Both the position numbers and the translations under genes were made by a program. This document shows, piece after piece, positions 1 to 9,040 of a stretch of 64,000 nt of DNA (positions within the stretch are counted from its first letter, which is position 1; each line of letters starts with the position of its first letter). The notes below the pieces were generated by a model. The model saw only the letters and a program-made list of their open reading frames with translations, was not told the DNA's origin and searched no databases. This stretch comes from Gammaproteobacteria bacterium (lineage in GTDB: Bacteria > Pseudomonadota > Gammaproteobacteria > Eutrophobiales > Eutrophobiaceae). The stretch is from positions 37,858 through 101,857 of the forward strand of contig JACPSH010000015.1 in assembly GCA_016193395.1 (NCBI GenBank). Direction: 5' to 3'.

Positions 1-115
1 TCATGCCCTCCGAGATCCCGAGGCGCTCGCCCAGGTGCTCGATCGCATTCGTGAAAACCTCGGCCGCGACGAGAATGAGCAGGAGCATGGCGGCGAGATT
101 GAGCCAGATGATCAT
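1..115 (-). CDS. Partial CDS (N-terminal ~38 aa). Putative cation/Ca2+ antiporter-like membrane protein. The gene runs off the left edge of the window.
   Basis: The minus-strand ATG at 115..113 opens a frame that translates as MIIWLNLAAMLLLILVAAEVFTNAIEHLGERLGISEGM. This is a hydrophobic helix followed by a 'GxxxGIS' motif, reminiscent of CaCA/YrbG-type alpha-repeats. No stop codon occurs before coordinate 1. Confidence 0.35.
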   Translation of the reverse strand, partial: MIIWLNLAAMLLLILVAAEVFTNAIEHLGERLGISEGM

Positions 116-238
116 GAATGACGCAGGCCTCGCATGAAGTTCGCGATTGTACAGGCAATGCGGGCGGGATGGCGGCTTTCCCGGCCCGCGGTTAAACTGC
201 AACGCGCCACGGTTCCATTCCCTGTCCAACACTCCACC

Positions 239-820
239 ATGCGTTCCGTCTGCGTATTCTGCGGAGCCAATGCGGGCCGCAAACAGAAGTTCGCCCGGGC
301 CGCCCGCGAGACGGCCCGCGCACTCGTCGACCACGGACTGACCATCGTTTACGGCGGCGGCAGCGTCGGCATGATGGGGATCCTGGCGGACGCGGCGCTG
401 GAGGCCGGCGGCAAGGTGGTCGGCGTCCTGCCCGGGCAACTGCACCGCAAGGAGATGGCCCACGCCGGACTGACGCAACTGCACATCGTCGGCTCGATGC
501 ACGAGCGTAAGGCGCTCATGGCCGAACTCTCCGACGGGTTCATCGCGCTGCCGGGCGGACTCGGCACGCTGGAGGAATTGTTTGAAGTCCTTTCCTGGGC
601 ACAACTCGGCCTGCACGCCAAACCGTGCGGGCTGCTCAATATCGGTGGTTATTTCAACAAGTTGAATGCCTTTCTCGAGCTCGCCGTGGCCGAGCGTTTC
701 CTGCGGCGGGAACACCGGTCACTGCTGCTGATCGACACGGACGTGGAGCGCCTGCTGCGGCGCTTCGCGAGATTCCGGCCAGCGCGCCTCAGGAGGTGGA
801 TCGGGCCAAGGCAGGCTTGA
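239..820 (+). CDS. LOG-family protein (cytokinin riboside 5'-monophosphate phosphoribohydrolase / putative lysine decarboxylase family)
   Basis: The translation MRSVCVFCGANAGRKQKFARAARETARALVDHGLTIVYGGGSVGMMGILADAALEAGGKVVGVLPG...GFIALPGGLGTLEELFEV carries the LOG signature motifs GGGxxGxMG and PGGxGTxEE. ORF 134..820 was trimmed to the internal ATG at 239, which gives a typical length of about 193 aa. Confidence 0.8.
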   Translation: MRSVCVFCGANAGRKQKFARAARETARALVDHGLTIVYGGGSVGMMGILADAALEAGGKVVGVLPGQLHRKEMAHAGLTQLHIVGSMHERKALMAELSDGFIALPGGLGTLEELFEVLSWAQLGLHAKPCGLLNIGGYFNKLNAFLELAVAERFLRREHRSLLLIDTDVERLLRRFARFRPARLRRWIGPRQA

Positions 821-898
821 GACCCCACGCCATGGCCTCGAGGTTCTTTTTCCACCGCCACGCGGCCGACGTATATGAAGATCGGGCGCAGTCGCGTT

Positions 899-1402
899 CT
901 ATTTGATCAACTCCGGCCGCCCCGGTCCGAGCGCGCCGTCCGATCGGGCCTTGAGATAGGAATATAGCGCGTCGATCCGTTCCCGCACTGCGGGGTTGTT
1001 CTCCCACACCGGCATGCGCACGGCGTCTTCAGATCGGGCTTCCGACGCGCCGATCCATTCCAGGAACGCCTGATGCACCGCCGCCCGCCCCGACTCCGAG
1101 GCCAACTCCTCAGTGGATACCGGGATCAGGTAGCGGTTCAGCACCTTCACTTCGAATTCCTTCGCGCTCATCCTGCCGGCGGCGACGGTCAGGTCCGGGG
1201 CCACTGCGGAACCGAGGCCGTCTGCCCCGTGGCAGGCGATGCAGGTTTGCTGGTACATGTTCCAACCCAGGAACGTCTGCGCGTCGACTTTCCCGTCGAC
1301 TACGCGATAGGCGCCTCTTTCCACTTCCTGCGCGCCAGCGTCGGACATGCCTGCCAGCAGCACAATGCCCGAGATAATCGTGTTCAGGATTCTAGTCATG
1401 GC
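899..1402 (-). CDS. Mono-heme c-type cytochrome, secreted
   Basis: A CIACH heme-binding motif (CxxCH) is present. The N-terminal hydrophobic signal-like segment MTRILNTIISGIVLLAGMSDAGA follows the internal Met. ORF 899..1450 was trimmed to that Met. Confidence 0.7.
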   Translation of the reverse strand, partial: AMTRILNTIISGIVLLAGMSDAGAQEVERGAYRVVDGKVDAQTFLGWNMYQQTCIACHGADGLGSAVAPDLTVAAGRMSAKEFEVKVLNRYLIPVSTEELASESGRAAVHQAFLEWIGASEARSEDAVRMPVWENNPAVRERIDALYSYLKARSDGALGPGRPELIK

Positions 1403-1476
1403 CTTGGCTGCGCATTTCACGACCGCGATGCGGCGTGCCCTGGAGGACATTATCGGTGCAGGTCCGCTCCTGGTGA

Positions 1477-1490
1477 TTGATCGGGATCAA
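1477..1490. promoter_or_regulatory. Perfect consensus FNR/Anr box TTGATcgggATCAA in the divergent region between the cytochrome c gene and the benzoate-CoA ligase operon
   Basis: Read directly from the sequence. The site lies ~114 bp upstream of ATG 1598 and ~81 bp upstream of the minus-strand cytochrome start at 1402. An Fnr orthologue is encoded at 14128. Confidence 0.7.
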
Positions 1491-1597
1491 TTGCCTGCCC
1501 TCCGTTCTTCGATATGTATTCCACCAGCCTCGTGCCCGCCCCGAGGGCCTCGTGGACACCGGACAGGCCTGACTGGCGCGACGCTGAGCCGCAAACC

Positions 1598-3145
1598 ATG
1601 AACGCGCGCAAGATCTTCGAACCAGGCCGCATGAACGCCGCGGAAGAGCTGCTTGGGCCGCCGCTGGCCGCGGGACGCGATGACTCCACGGCACTGATTT
1701 GCGGTCCGCGCAGCCTGAGCTATGGCGAGCTGGATCGCCTCGCCAATCGCTACGGCAATGCCATGGTCGAGGCTGGCGTCGAGCAGGAAAACCGGGTGCT
1801 GATTTTCATGGACGATTCACCGGACATGGTCGCCGCCTACCTTGCGACCATGAAGATCGGGGCGGTCGCGATAGCCATAAACGTGCGCGTCGCGCCCGAT
1901 GACCTGCGGTTCGTGATTGAGGAGAGTCGTTGCAAGCTTCTGTTCATCGATGCCTGCCACGAGCAGCTTTACCGTGCCATAGAAGGCGAGTTTGCGCATC
2001 CACCCGTGGTCGTCCCCGGCGGCGCCGACAGTGGGCCTGCACATCAGGATTTTGTGGGCCACCATGCCGACACGCTCAATTACGTGCCGATGGCTGAGGA
2101 CGACATGGCTTTCTGGCTGTACACCTCCGGCACGACCGGGAAACCAAAGGCAGTCGTTCACTCGCACCATGATGTTCTCATCGCCGACCGGCATCTCAGG
2201 GAAAACCTGAACCTGGTTCCCGGCGAGCGGATACTGACCACATCGAAAATCTCTTTCGCCTATGCACTTGGGCATTCCTTCTTCGGTGGCCTGCGCTGCG
2301 GGGCAACCGTGATCCTTCATACAGGCTGGCCGGACTGCGGATCTATACTCCGGGAGATTGAGCGCTCCGCTCCCGATCTTTTTTGCAGTGTCCCGAGTTT
2401 CTACCGAAACCTGCTGCGCGAGGGCGCGGCGCAGAGCCGCGCATTCAACCGCATCCGGCATTGCATTTCCGCCGGCGAGCATCTGCCGGAACAACTGTTC
2501 AGGCAGTGGCGGGAAATTACAAGCGTCACCATTCTCGAAGGTATAGGTACAACCGAGACTATTTTTCTCTTCCTGTCCAACACGCCCGGCGCAGCGCGGG
2601 CCGGGAGCGTGGGGCGCGCCCTGCCATGGGCGGACGTGCGGCTGCTGGGTTCCGGCGGCGACGAAATCGCCGATGCAGGAGCCGTCGGCACTCTGTGGGT
2701 TCGCATGGACAGTCTCTTCGACCGATACTGGAACCAGCAGGCCAGAACCCATGCCGCATTCAAGGACGGGTTCTATTGCACGGGCGACCTCTTCAGTTTT
2801 GACGCCGATGGGTACTGGCATTACCAGGGACGGGCGGACGACATGTTGAAAATATCAGGCCAGTGGGTGAGCCCTGTTGAAATCGAGGAATGTGTCCTGT
2901 GCGTCCCTGATGTTGCGGAAGCAGCGGTGATCGGCAGAGAAGATGCTGACGGACTGGTGCGCGCCGCGTTGTTCGTCGTGCCTGCCCCTGGGCGGCCCGT
3001 GCCCGAACTTGAGCAGGCAATTCGAACAACGCTGCTCAGTCACCTCTCGATCTACAAGTGTCCGCGAACGATCCGTTTCGTGAGCGAAATTCCGCGGACC
3101 CGCACCGGCAAGGTCCAGCGCTTCAAGCTGCACCAGCTGCTTTGA
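1598..3145 (+). CDS. Benzoate-CoA ligase family AMP-dependent synthetase (aromatic acid-CoA ligase)
   Basis: The protein is an ANL-superfamily enzyme with the motif [12 protein letters not shown]. The C-terminal [11 protein letters not shown] block matches benzoate/4-hydroxybenzoate-CoA ligases. It is the first gene of a benzoyl-CoA lower-pathway operon. The start was trimmed to ATG 1598 (MNARKIFEP). Confidence 0.85.
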   Translation: MNARKIFEPGRMNAAEELLGPPLAAGRDDSTALICGPRSLSYGELDRLANRYGNAMVEAGVEQENRVLIFMDDSPDMVAAYLATMKIGAVAIAINVRVAPDDLRFVIEESRCKLLFIDACHEQLYRAIEGEFAHPPVVVPGGADSGPAHQDFVGHHADTLNYVPMAEDDMAFWLYTSGTTGKPKAVVHSHHDVLIADRHLRENLNLVPGERILTTSKISFAYALGHSFFGGLRCGATVILHTGWPDCGSILREIERSAPDLFCSVPSFYRNLLREGAAQSRAFNRIRHCISAGEHLPEQLFRQWREITSVTILEGIGTTETIFLFLSNTPGAARAGSVGRALPWADVRLLGSGGDEIADAGAVGTLWVRMDSLFDRYWNQQARTHAAFKDGFYCTGDLFSFDADGYWHYQGRADDMLKISGQWVSPVEIEECVLCVPDVAEAAVIGREDADGLVRAALFVVPAPGRPVPELEQAIRTTLLSHLSIYKCPRTIRFVSEIPRTRTGKVQRFKLHQLL

Positions 3146-3161
3146 CCGGAATCTTCCGATT

Positions 3162-4235
3162 ATGAGAATCAATGCACAGCGCTGGCTGATGACCGCAAGG
3201 GGGGAACCGCTCTCACGCGCTGAATTCAATCCATTGCCGCCCGGCGCCGGTGAGGTGGTCGTCGCCGTGGCCGGCTGCGGCGTATGCCATACCGACCTCG
3301 GCTTTTTCCATAACGGTGTGCGCACCCGCCATGAACTGCCCTTGGCGCTCGGTCACGAGGTCAGCGGCCGCGTGATCGCCTGCGGCGCCGGCACGGAATC
3401 CTGGCGTGATCGTTCCGTGATCATCCCCGCGGTGATCCCCTGTGGCGAATGCGACTGGTGTCAGCGCGGGAAACCGACTATCTGCCCGAACCAGAAGATG
3501 CCGGGCAACGACATGCATGGCGGATTCGGCACCCATATCCTGGTGCCCGCGCGGGGCCTGTGCCCGGTGGACGAAACGCGTCTCGCAAATGCGGGACTGT
3601 CGCTGCCCGATGTCTGTGTCATCGCGGATGCCGTGACCACACCGCTTCAGGCGGTGACCCGATCAGGCGTCGGGCCGGGCGACATCGCCATTGTCATCGG
3701 GATTGGGGGCGTCGGCGGGTTTAGCGCCCAGATTGCCCATGCCTTTGGCGCCAAAGTCGTGGCGATTGACGTGAATCAAGGCAAACTTGACCGCATCAGT
3801 GAACATGGTGCGTCGCTTACCCTGAACTCGGGCAGGATCGGGAGTCGCGAACTGAAACAGGCAATAAGCGCCTTCGCGGAACAGTCCGGGCTGCGCCAGA
3901 CCGAGTGGGTAATCTTCGAGTGCTCCGGAACGGCGGCCGGGCAACAAACGGCATTCGGGCTCATTACCTATGGTTCGACGTTATGCGTGGTCGGATTCAC
4001 CATGGACAGGATCGAGGTTCGTCTTTCCAATCTGATGGCATTCGATGCGCGCGCCGTCGGCAACTGGGGATGTCCTCCCGGATCGTACCCGGCGGCGCTG
4101 GACCTGGTACTGGACGGGCGCATCAAGCTGCTGCCGTTTATAGAGCGCCGCCCGCTGGATGAGATCAACAGGATATTCGAGGAGGCCCATGCGCAGAGCC
4201 CGCACCGAAGGATCGTATTGGTCCCGGAACTCTAG
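3162..4235 (+). CDS. had: Zn-dependent alcohol dehydrogenase (MDR) family; likely 6-hydroxycyclohex-1-ene-1-carbonyl-CoA dehydrogenase (Had-like)
   Basis: Catalytic and structural zinc motifs are present ([18 protein letters not shown], and a [15 protein letters not shown] cysteine cluster). A Rossmann-type GIGGVGG motif is also present. Its position between the CoA ligase and the Oah-type hydrolase matches the T. aromatica dch-had-oah gene context. Confidence 0.65.
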   Translation: MRINAQRWLMTARGEPLSRAEFNPLPPGAGEVVVAVAGCGVCHTDLGFFHNGVRTRHELPLALGHEVSGRVIACGAGTESWRDRSVIIPAVIPCGECDWCQRGKPTICPNQKMPGNDMHGGFGTHILVPARGLCPVDETRLANAGLSLPDVCVIADAVTTPLQAVTRSGVGPGDIAIVIGIGGVGGFSAQIAHAFGAKVVAIDVNQGKLDRISEHGASLTLNSGRIGSRELKQAISAFAEQSGLRQTEWVIFECSGTAAGQQTAFGLITYGSTLCVVGFTMDRIEVRLSNLMAFDARAVGNWGCPPGSYPAALDLVLDGRIKLLPFIERRPLDEINRIFEEAHAQSPHRRIVLVPEL

Positions 4236-4246
4236 GAGACTGACTT

Positions 4247-5377
4247 ATGAACGCACAACCTGAAAAACACACATCGCCCGGGACTCTGCGCGACCATGAC
4301 CTGGTCCGGGAGATGGTTGCACCGGGTGTCGTCTACGAAAAGCATCCCGTGCACACGCCGGACGGCACTCCTGTCGAGGGGCTGCATCATGCCTGGATCT
4401 GGCTGGACAACCCGAAGCAGTACAATTCCTATACGACGGAAATGGTCAAGGGCGTTATCCTCGCCTTTCGTGCCGCCAGCAACGCCAGGGATGTGGTTTG
4501 TGTCGTCTTTACAGGCACCGGCGACAAGGCATTCTGTACCGGCGGGAATGTAAAGGAGTATGCCGAATATTATGCCGGCAACCCGCAGGAGTACCGGCAG
4601 TATATGCGCCTGTTCAACGACATGGTCTCGTCGATTCTGAGCTGCGACAAGCCCGTGATCTGCCGGGTCAACGGCATGCGTATCGCCGGCGGGCAGGAGA
4701 TCGGCATGGCCTGCGATTTCACCATCGCCCAGGATCTGGCGCGATTCGGTCAGGCCGGCCCGAAGCACGGCTCCGCGCCCCTCGGCGGCGCCACCGATTT
4801 CCTGCCATTGATGCTGAGCGCCGAGCAGGCCATGGTGTCAGGCACGCTGTGCGAACCGTGGTCGGCGCACAAGGCATACCGTCTCGGGATGATCAGCGAC
4901 ATCGTTCCGGCTCTCAAGGTCGATGGGAAATTTGTCGCCAATCCGCTGGTTGAAACGGACCGCTATCTGGACGAGTTCGGCCGCATCATTCTTGGCGAGC
5001 CCAAGACCGGTAACGCGCTGAGCGAAGCCAAGGCAGTGCTGGCCAGGGGCCAGGTCGATCTGGAACTTCTGGATCGTAAGATCGAGGAATTCTGTGCCAA
5101 GTTCGTGCTGACGTTTCCGGAGTGCATGACAAAAACACTGGAGGAGCTGCGCAAACCGAAAATCAATGCCTGGAACACAAATAAGGAGGATTCCCGCGCC
5201 TGGCTCGCTCTCAACATGATGACCGAGGCAGGTGCCGGATTCCGGGCGTTCAATGAAGGGACGGGGAGCGATCGGGAGATCGACTTCATCGCCTTGCGCA
5301 GGGCGCTTGCCGCGGGCCAGCCATGGACACCCGAATTCGCCGACAGTCTGCTGCCCGCCGCCAAGTCCAGTCAATGA
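4247..5377 (+). CDS. oah: 6-oxocyclohex-1-ene-1-carbonyl-CoA hydrolase (ring-cleaving; Oah/BamA type, crotonase superfamily)
   Basis: The 376-aa protein carries the characteristic N-region ...WLDNPKQYNSYTTEMVKGVILAFRAASNARDVVCVVFTGTGDKAFCTGGNVKEYAEYYAGNPQEY..., typical of BamA/Oah ring-hydrolysing enzymes. The length (~375 aa) also fits. Confidence 0.8.
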   Translation: MNAQPEKHTSPGTLRDHDLVREMVAPGVVYEKHPVHTPDGTPVEGLHHAWIWLDNPKQYNSYTTEMVKGVILAFRAASNARDVVCVVFTGTGDKAFCTGGNVKEYAEYYAGNPQEYRQYMRLFNDMVSSILSCDKPVICRVNGMRIAGGQEIGMACDFTIAQDLARFGQAGPKHGSAPLGGATDFLPLMLSAEQAMVSGTLCEPWSAHKAYRLGMISDIVPALKVDGKFVANPLVETDRYLDEFGRIILGEPKTGNALSEAKAVLARGQVDLELLDRKIEEFCAKFVLTFPECMTKTLEELRKPKINAWNTNKEDSRAWLALNMMTEAGAGFRAFNEGTGSDREIDFIALRRALAAGQPWTPEFADSLLPAAKSSQ

Positions 5378-6144
5378 GCGGGGATCCTGTTCGCTGGCAC
5401 CGGGACCGGGACGGCCGGTTACTGCGGCTCACCCTGGCCCGGCCGCGGGCGAATATCGTCGATACAAGCATGATCGCGGCGCTGGGCCGCGTGCTGGCGG
5501 ACCATGCCGGCGATTCCGGATTGCTGGCGGTTCTGCTGGCGGCGGATGGCCCGAACTTCAGTTTCGGCGCCAGTGTCGAGGAGCATTTTCCGGAGCACTG
5601 TCGTGACATGCTGGCCGGCCTGCACGCCCTGATCAAGCGCCTGCTCGATTACCCCGTGCCGATACTCGTCGCGATCCAGGGTCAATGTCTGGGTGGCGGA
5701 CTAGAGATTGCGCTTGCCGGCAGCCTGCTGTTCGGGGCGCCCGATGCGCGCATGGGCCAGCCTGAGATCCGCATCGGCGTTTTTGCGCCGGCAGCCTCGT
5801 GTCTGCTGCCGGCGCGGGTCGGCCAGTCACGCGCCGAAGATCTGCTGTATTCAGGGCGCAGCATCGGCGCAGAGGACGCATTAGCCATGAACCTGTTGCA
5901 TGCGATCAGTGATGATCCGGTAGCGGCGGCACTCGCCTATTTTGATCAGTATCTGGCCGGCCTTAGCGCCTGCAGTTTGCGGTTTGCGCACCAGGCAGCG
6001 CGTGGTGATTACTCGATCTACTTGAAGACTCGGCTTGATGCCGTCGAGAAGCTGTATCTGGAACGTCTGATGAGCACGCATGATGCCGTGGAAGGGCTCA
6101 ATGCCTTTGTGGAAAAGCGCCCTCCCCGCTGGCAGCACAGGTGA
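5374..6144 (+). CDS. dch: Enoyl-CoA hydratase/crotonase family; likely cyclohexa-1,5-diene-1-carbonyl-CoA hydratase (Dch-like)
   Basis: The crotonase fold is indicated by ...ADGPNFSFGASVEEH...AIQGQCLGGGLEIALAG.... The ATGA start/stop overlap with the upstream gene at 5374-5377 indicates translational coupling. Confidence 0.7.
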   Translation: MSGDPVRWHRDRDGRLLRLTLARPRANIVDTSMIAALGRVLADHAGDSGLLAVLLAADGPNFSFGASVEEHFPEHCRDMLAGLHALIKRLLDYPVPILVAIQGQCLGGGLEIALAGSLLFGAPDARMGQPEIRIGVFAPAASCLLPARVGQSRAEDLLYSGRSIGAEDALAMNLLHAISDDPVAAALAYFDQYLAGLSACSLRFAHQAARGDYSIYLKTRLDAVEKLYLERLMSTHDAVEGLNAFVEKRPPRWQHR

Positions 6145-6175
6145 ACATGGCACAATCCACAGTGGAGAGAATTCA

Positions 6176-7432
6176 ATGTCGTCCCATCCTTCGGCCATCG
6201 TTTTTTCCTACGACGATATCTGGTTAATCAACGGCGTGCGCACGCCGTTTGCGGATTTCAACGGCGTGCTGGGACGCGTATCGCCGATCGACCTCGGCAT
6301 CAAGGTCGCGCGGGAGATCTTCAAGCGCAGCGGGTTGCCGCCCGCCGATATCGGCGCGGTGATCGCCGGTTCGATGGCCCAGGCCTCGTTCGACGCGTAC
6401 GTGCTGCCGCGACATGTCGGCCTCTACGCGGGGGTGCCACACGAAGTGCCCGCGACGCTCGTGCAGCGCGTCTGCGGTACCGGCATGGAAATTCTTTTGC
6501 AGGCGGCCGACGCGATCACGCTGGGGAAAATCCGGCTGGGACTTTGTGTCGGTACCGAATCGATGAGCCGGAATCCGATCGCGGCCTATACGGTCCGCGG
6601 CGGTTTTTCCCTTGGCAACGTGGAGTTCAAGGACTTCCTGTTCGAAGCGCTGACCGACACGGCGTTCGGCGGCAGCATGGGGGATACCGCCGAACGGCTG
6701 GCCCGTGATTATCATTTGAGCCGCGAGGAGGTCGACCGCTTCGCGTGCGACAGTTTTGAGCGGGCATTGGCGGCCCAGCAGAGCGGTTTTCTGGCCGGCG
6801 AGATCGTGCCGCTGACGACCGAGACCTTCGAGTTGGAAGGCTATCGTCCGCGCGGGATCCGGTTACCGAGAGAGGTCAAGGAGTTGGCGGTCGATAATCA
6901 TGTCCGGCCTTCGCCGATGGAGAGCCTGGCCAAGCTACGACCGGCATTTGGGGGAGTCCAGACAGGCGGAAACAGTTCTGCGATCGTCGACGGCGCGGCG
7001 GCGGCGCTGGTTGGCTCGGGCGAGTACTGCCGCGCCAACGGCGTCGCCCCGCTCGGCCGTATCGTCACCGGCGCCGTGGTCGGCGTCCCCCCGGACAACA
7101 TGGGTATCGGCCCGGTCGCGGCCATCCGCGCCTTGCTGGACCACCTCGGCATGAAACTCGCTGACATCGATCGGTTCGAAATCAACGAGGCCTTCGGCGC
7201 GCAGTGCCTGGCGGTCGAGCGCGAAATCGGCATTGACCATGCGCGGCTCAACGTCAATGGCGGCGCGATCGCGATCGGTCACCCGCTCGCGGCAACCGGC
7301 GTGCGCCTGACGATCACCGTCGCGCGGGAGCTGCGCCGGTCGCGCAAGCGATACGGCATCTCGTCGGCCTGCATCGGCGGCGGTCAGGGGATCGCGGTGT
7401 TGATCGAAAATCCGGAGTATGGCGCGGCCTAG
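6176..7432 (+). CDS. Acetyl-CoA C-acyltransferase (thiolase II family), beta-oxidation-like step of the benzoyl-CoA lower pathway
   Basis: Thiolase motifs are present: VCGTGMEIL (active-site Cys), NVNGGAIAIGHPLAATG and GIAVLIE near the C-terminus. The start was trimmed to ATG 6176, which is preceded by a GAGAGA stretch. Confidence 0.85.
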   Translation: MSSHPSAIVFSYDDIWLINGVRTPFADFNGVLGRVSPIDLGIKVAREIFKRSGLPPADIGAVIAGSMAQASFDAYVLPRHVGLYAGVPHEVPATLVQRVCGTGMEILLQAADAITLGKIRLGLCVGTESMSRNPIAAYTVRGGFSLGNVEFKDFLFEALTDTAFGGSMGDTAERLARDYHLSREEVDRFACDSFERALAAQQSGFLAGEIVPLTTETFELEGYRPRGIRLPREVKELAVDNHVRPSPMESLAKLRPAFGGVQTGGNSSAIVDGAAAALVGSGEYCRANGVAPLGRIVTGAVVGVPPDNMGIGPVAAIRALLDHLGMKLADIDRFEINEAFGAQCLAVEREIGIDHARLNVNGGAIAIGHPLAATGVRLTITVARELRRSRKRYGISSACIGGGQGIAVLIENPEYGAA

Positions 7433-7443
7433 TCCCTAACCCG

Positions 7444-8712
7444 GTGAATACGATAACGGACGAAAAGTCAGGCGCCGATCGGTTCGCCGAACGGCAGCGC
7501 CGCATCACCGACGCCATCGCGTTGCGGCAACCGGATCGAGTCCCGGTGGTGATGAACAGCCTGTTCTGGCATACGCGATACGCCGGGCTCACCTGCCGAC
7601 AAGCGATGTACGATTACGACGCCTTGACCGACGCAACCCGGCGCGCGCTGCGGGAACTTCAACCTGACGGTTATGTGCTCCCGCACCCGCTGCTCTGTCT
7701 GGGTCCGACGATGGAAACCATCGGATACCGGCAGTTGAAATGGCCGGGCCACGACGGGCTCGACCCGAACGTTCCGTTCCAATATCTCGATTACGAGTAC
7801 ATGCACGCGAACGAATACGAGGACTACATCTTCGATCCGACCGGTTTCATCCTGCGAAAATATCTGCCGCGGATTGCGACCGCGTTTGAGCCGTTCGCGC
7901 GGCTGCCGAATTATGCCGCGCTGTACTACACCCGCATCCTGCACTATACGCGCGCTTTCGCGGTGCCGGAGCTGGTCGCGACCTGGCAGACACTGGCCAA
8001 GGCGGGCGCCGAAATGACAGTCATGCTGACGAAGGCGAAAGCGTTTGCCGAGGAGATGGCGGCAGAAGGTTTTCCGCTGATCGAGTCCGCGACCGCGCTC
8101 TCGCCATTTGACTATTTCGCGGATTACCTGCGGGGCTCCAAGGGCATCATGCTCGATTTGTTCCGGTGCAAAGGTCTGCTGCTGGAGGCAATGGAGAAAG
8201 CGGCGCGGCTCCTGCCGGAGCCGGCCGTGGCAACCGCAAAACGGAGCGACTGTAATATCGTGTTCATCCCGTTGCATTGGCCGGGTGACAGCCTGATGTC
8301 GCCACCGCAGTTTCGGACGTTCTACTGGCCGCCGCTGCGCAAGGTGGTCATGACGTTGATCGAGAGGGGGTTGGTCCCGTGCATGTTATGGGAAGGCGAT
8401 TGCACCTCCCGGCTCGAAGACATTCGCGACATCCCCGCCGGCAAGTGCATCTATTTCTTCGAGCGCACCGACATCTTCAAGGCGAAGCAGGTGCTCGGTG
8501 ATGTCGTCTGCCTCCGCGGCAATGTCCCATCGACCCTGCTTGTGACCGGCACGCCGGACGAGGTCAGGGCCTATTGCCGGAAATTGATCGCCATCGTCGG
8601 CCAGGGTGGAGGATTCATCATGGACGGCGGCACCGGCATCCCGGACGAGGCGAAGCCGGAGAACGTCAAGGCGATGTTTGACGCGACGCGCGCCTTCGGC
8701 GGCTACCGGTAG
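7444..8712 (+). CDS. Uroporphyrinogen-decarboxylase (URO-D)/MtaA-like family protein of unknown specificity
   Basis: An N-terminal ...AIALRQPDRVPVVM... motif and a C-terminal ...VGQGGGFIMDGGTGIPDEAKPENVKAMFDATRAFG motif resemble URO-D and methylcobamide methyltransferase family proteins. It is the last gene of the benzoyl-CoA operon. Confidence 0.65.
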   Translation: MNTITDEKSGADRFAERQRRITDAIALRQPDRVPVVMNSLFWHTRYAGLTCRQAMYDYDALTDATRRALRELQPDGYVLPHPLLCLGPTMETIGYRQLKWPGHDGLDPNVPFQYLDYEYMHANEYEDYIFDPTGFILRKYLPRIATAFEPFARLPNYAALYYTRILHYTRAFAVPELVATWQTLAKAGAEMTVMLTKAKAFAEEMAAEGFPLIESATALSPFDYFADYLRGSKGIMLDLFRCKGLLLEAMEKAARLLPEPAVATAKRSDCNIVFIPLHWPGDSLMSPPQFRTFYWPPLRKVVMTLIERGLVPCMLWEGDCTSRLEDIRDIPAGKCIYFFERTDIFKAKQVLGDVVCLRGNVPSTLLVTGTPDEVRAYCRKLIAIVGQGGGFIMDGGTGIPDEAKPENVKAMFDATRAFGGYR

Positions 8713-8833
8713 CGCGCCAGGAGTGGCCGCCCGCCGGCCGGTTGGCGGCCTGCCGTGCTCTGACCAGTCCAGGACAGACTTGTTCAGCGTTTCCGCAGTG
8801 TGTCGTCCCGCGATGTTCTTGCGAAATTCCACG

Positions 8834-8950
8834 TCAGCGGGAACGTCATTCCGGGCCCGCCGCAGGCGGCGCCCGGAATCCAGCCTTCGTCAAGTGCTGT
8901 CTGGATTCCGGAACGCGGCTGCGCCGCTTCCGGAATGACGTCGTCGCGAC
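8834..8950. repeat. Long imperfect palindrome (arms ~45 bp) in the convergent intergenic region between the URO-D-like and ACS genes
   Basis: Arm 1 is GGGAACGTCATTCCGGGCCCGCCGCAGGCGGCGCCCGGAATCCAG. Arm 2 is CTGGATTCCGGAACGCGGCTGCGCCGCTTCCGGAATGACGTCGTC. The loop is ccttcgtcaagtgctgt. Confidence 0.6.
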
Positions 8951-8994
8951 GCGGGAATTGCACAAGATCATTGCGGGACGGTATAGCAGCAGCT

Positions 8995-9040
8995 TGATGC
9001 AAAAGTCCGACCATGGACTTTTGCATCACGCTGTTAGCAT
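8995..9040. repeat. 45-bp palindromic motif, copy 1 (overlaps the stop codon of the ADP-forming ACS gene)
   Basis: GATGCAAAAGTCCGACCATGGACTTTTGCATCACGCTGTTAGC has an 11-bp stem, TGCAAAAGTCC/GGACTTTTGCA. Confidence 0.75.

Noticed and set aside
5232-5636. Short ORFs (124 aa and 116 aa) overlapping the oah/dch junction.
   Set aside because: They lie inside well-supported crotonase-family genes and are reading-frame artefacts.
8995-9025. 'AAAGTCCG' within the 45-bp palindrome looked superficially like the conserved RNase P RNA P4 motif (GGAAAGUCCGG).
   Set aside because: Only a 7-8 nt coincidence. There are no other RNase P RNA conserved regions (no ACAGAACCCGGCUUA-like block, no P1/P2 pairing) and the motif is a simple perfect palindrome present twice.
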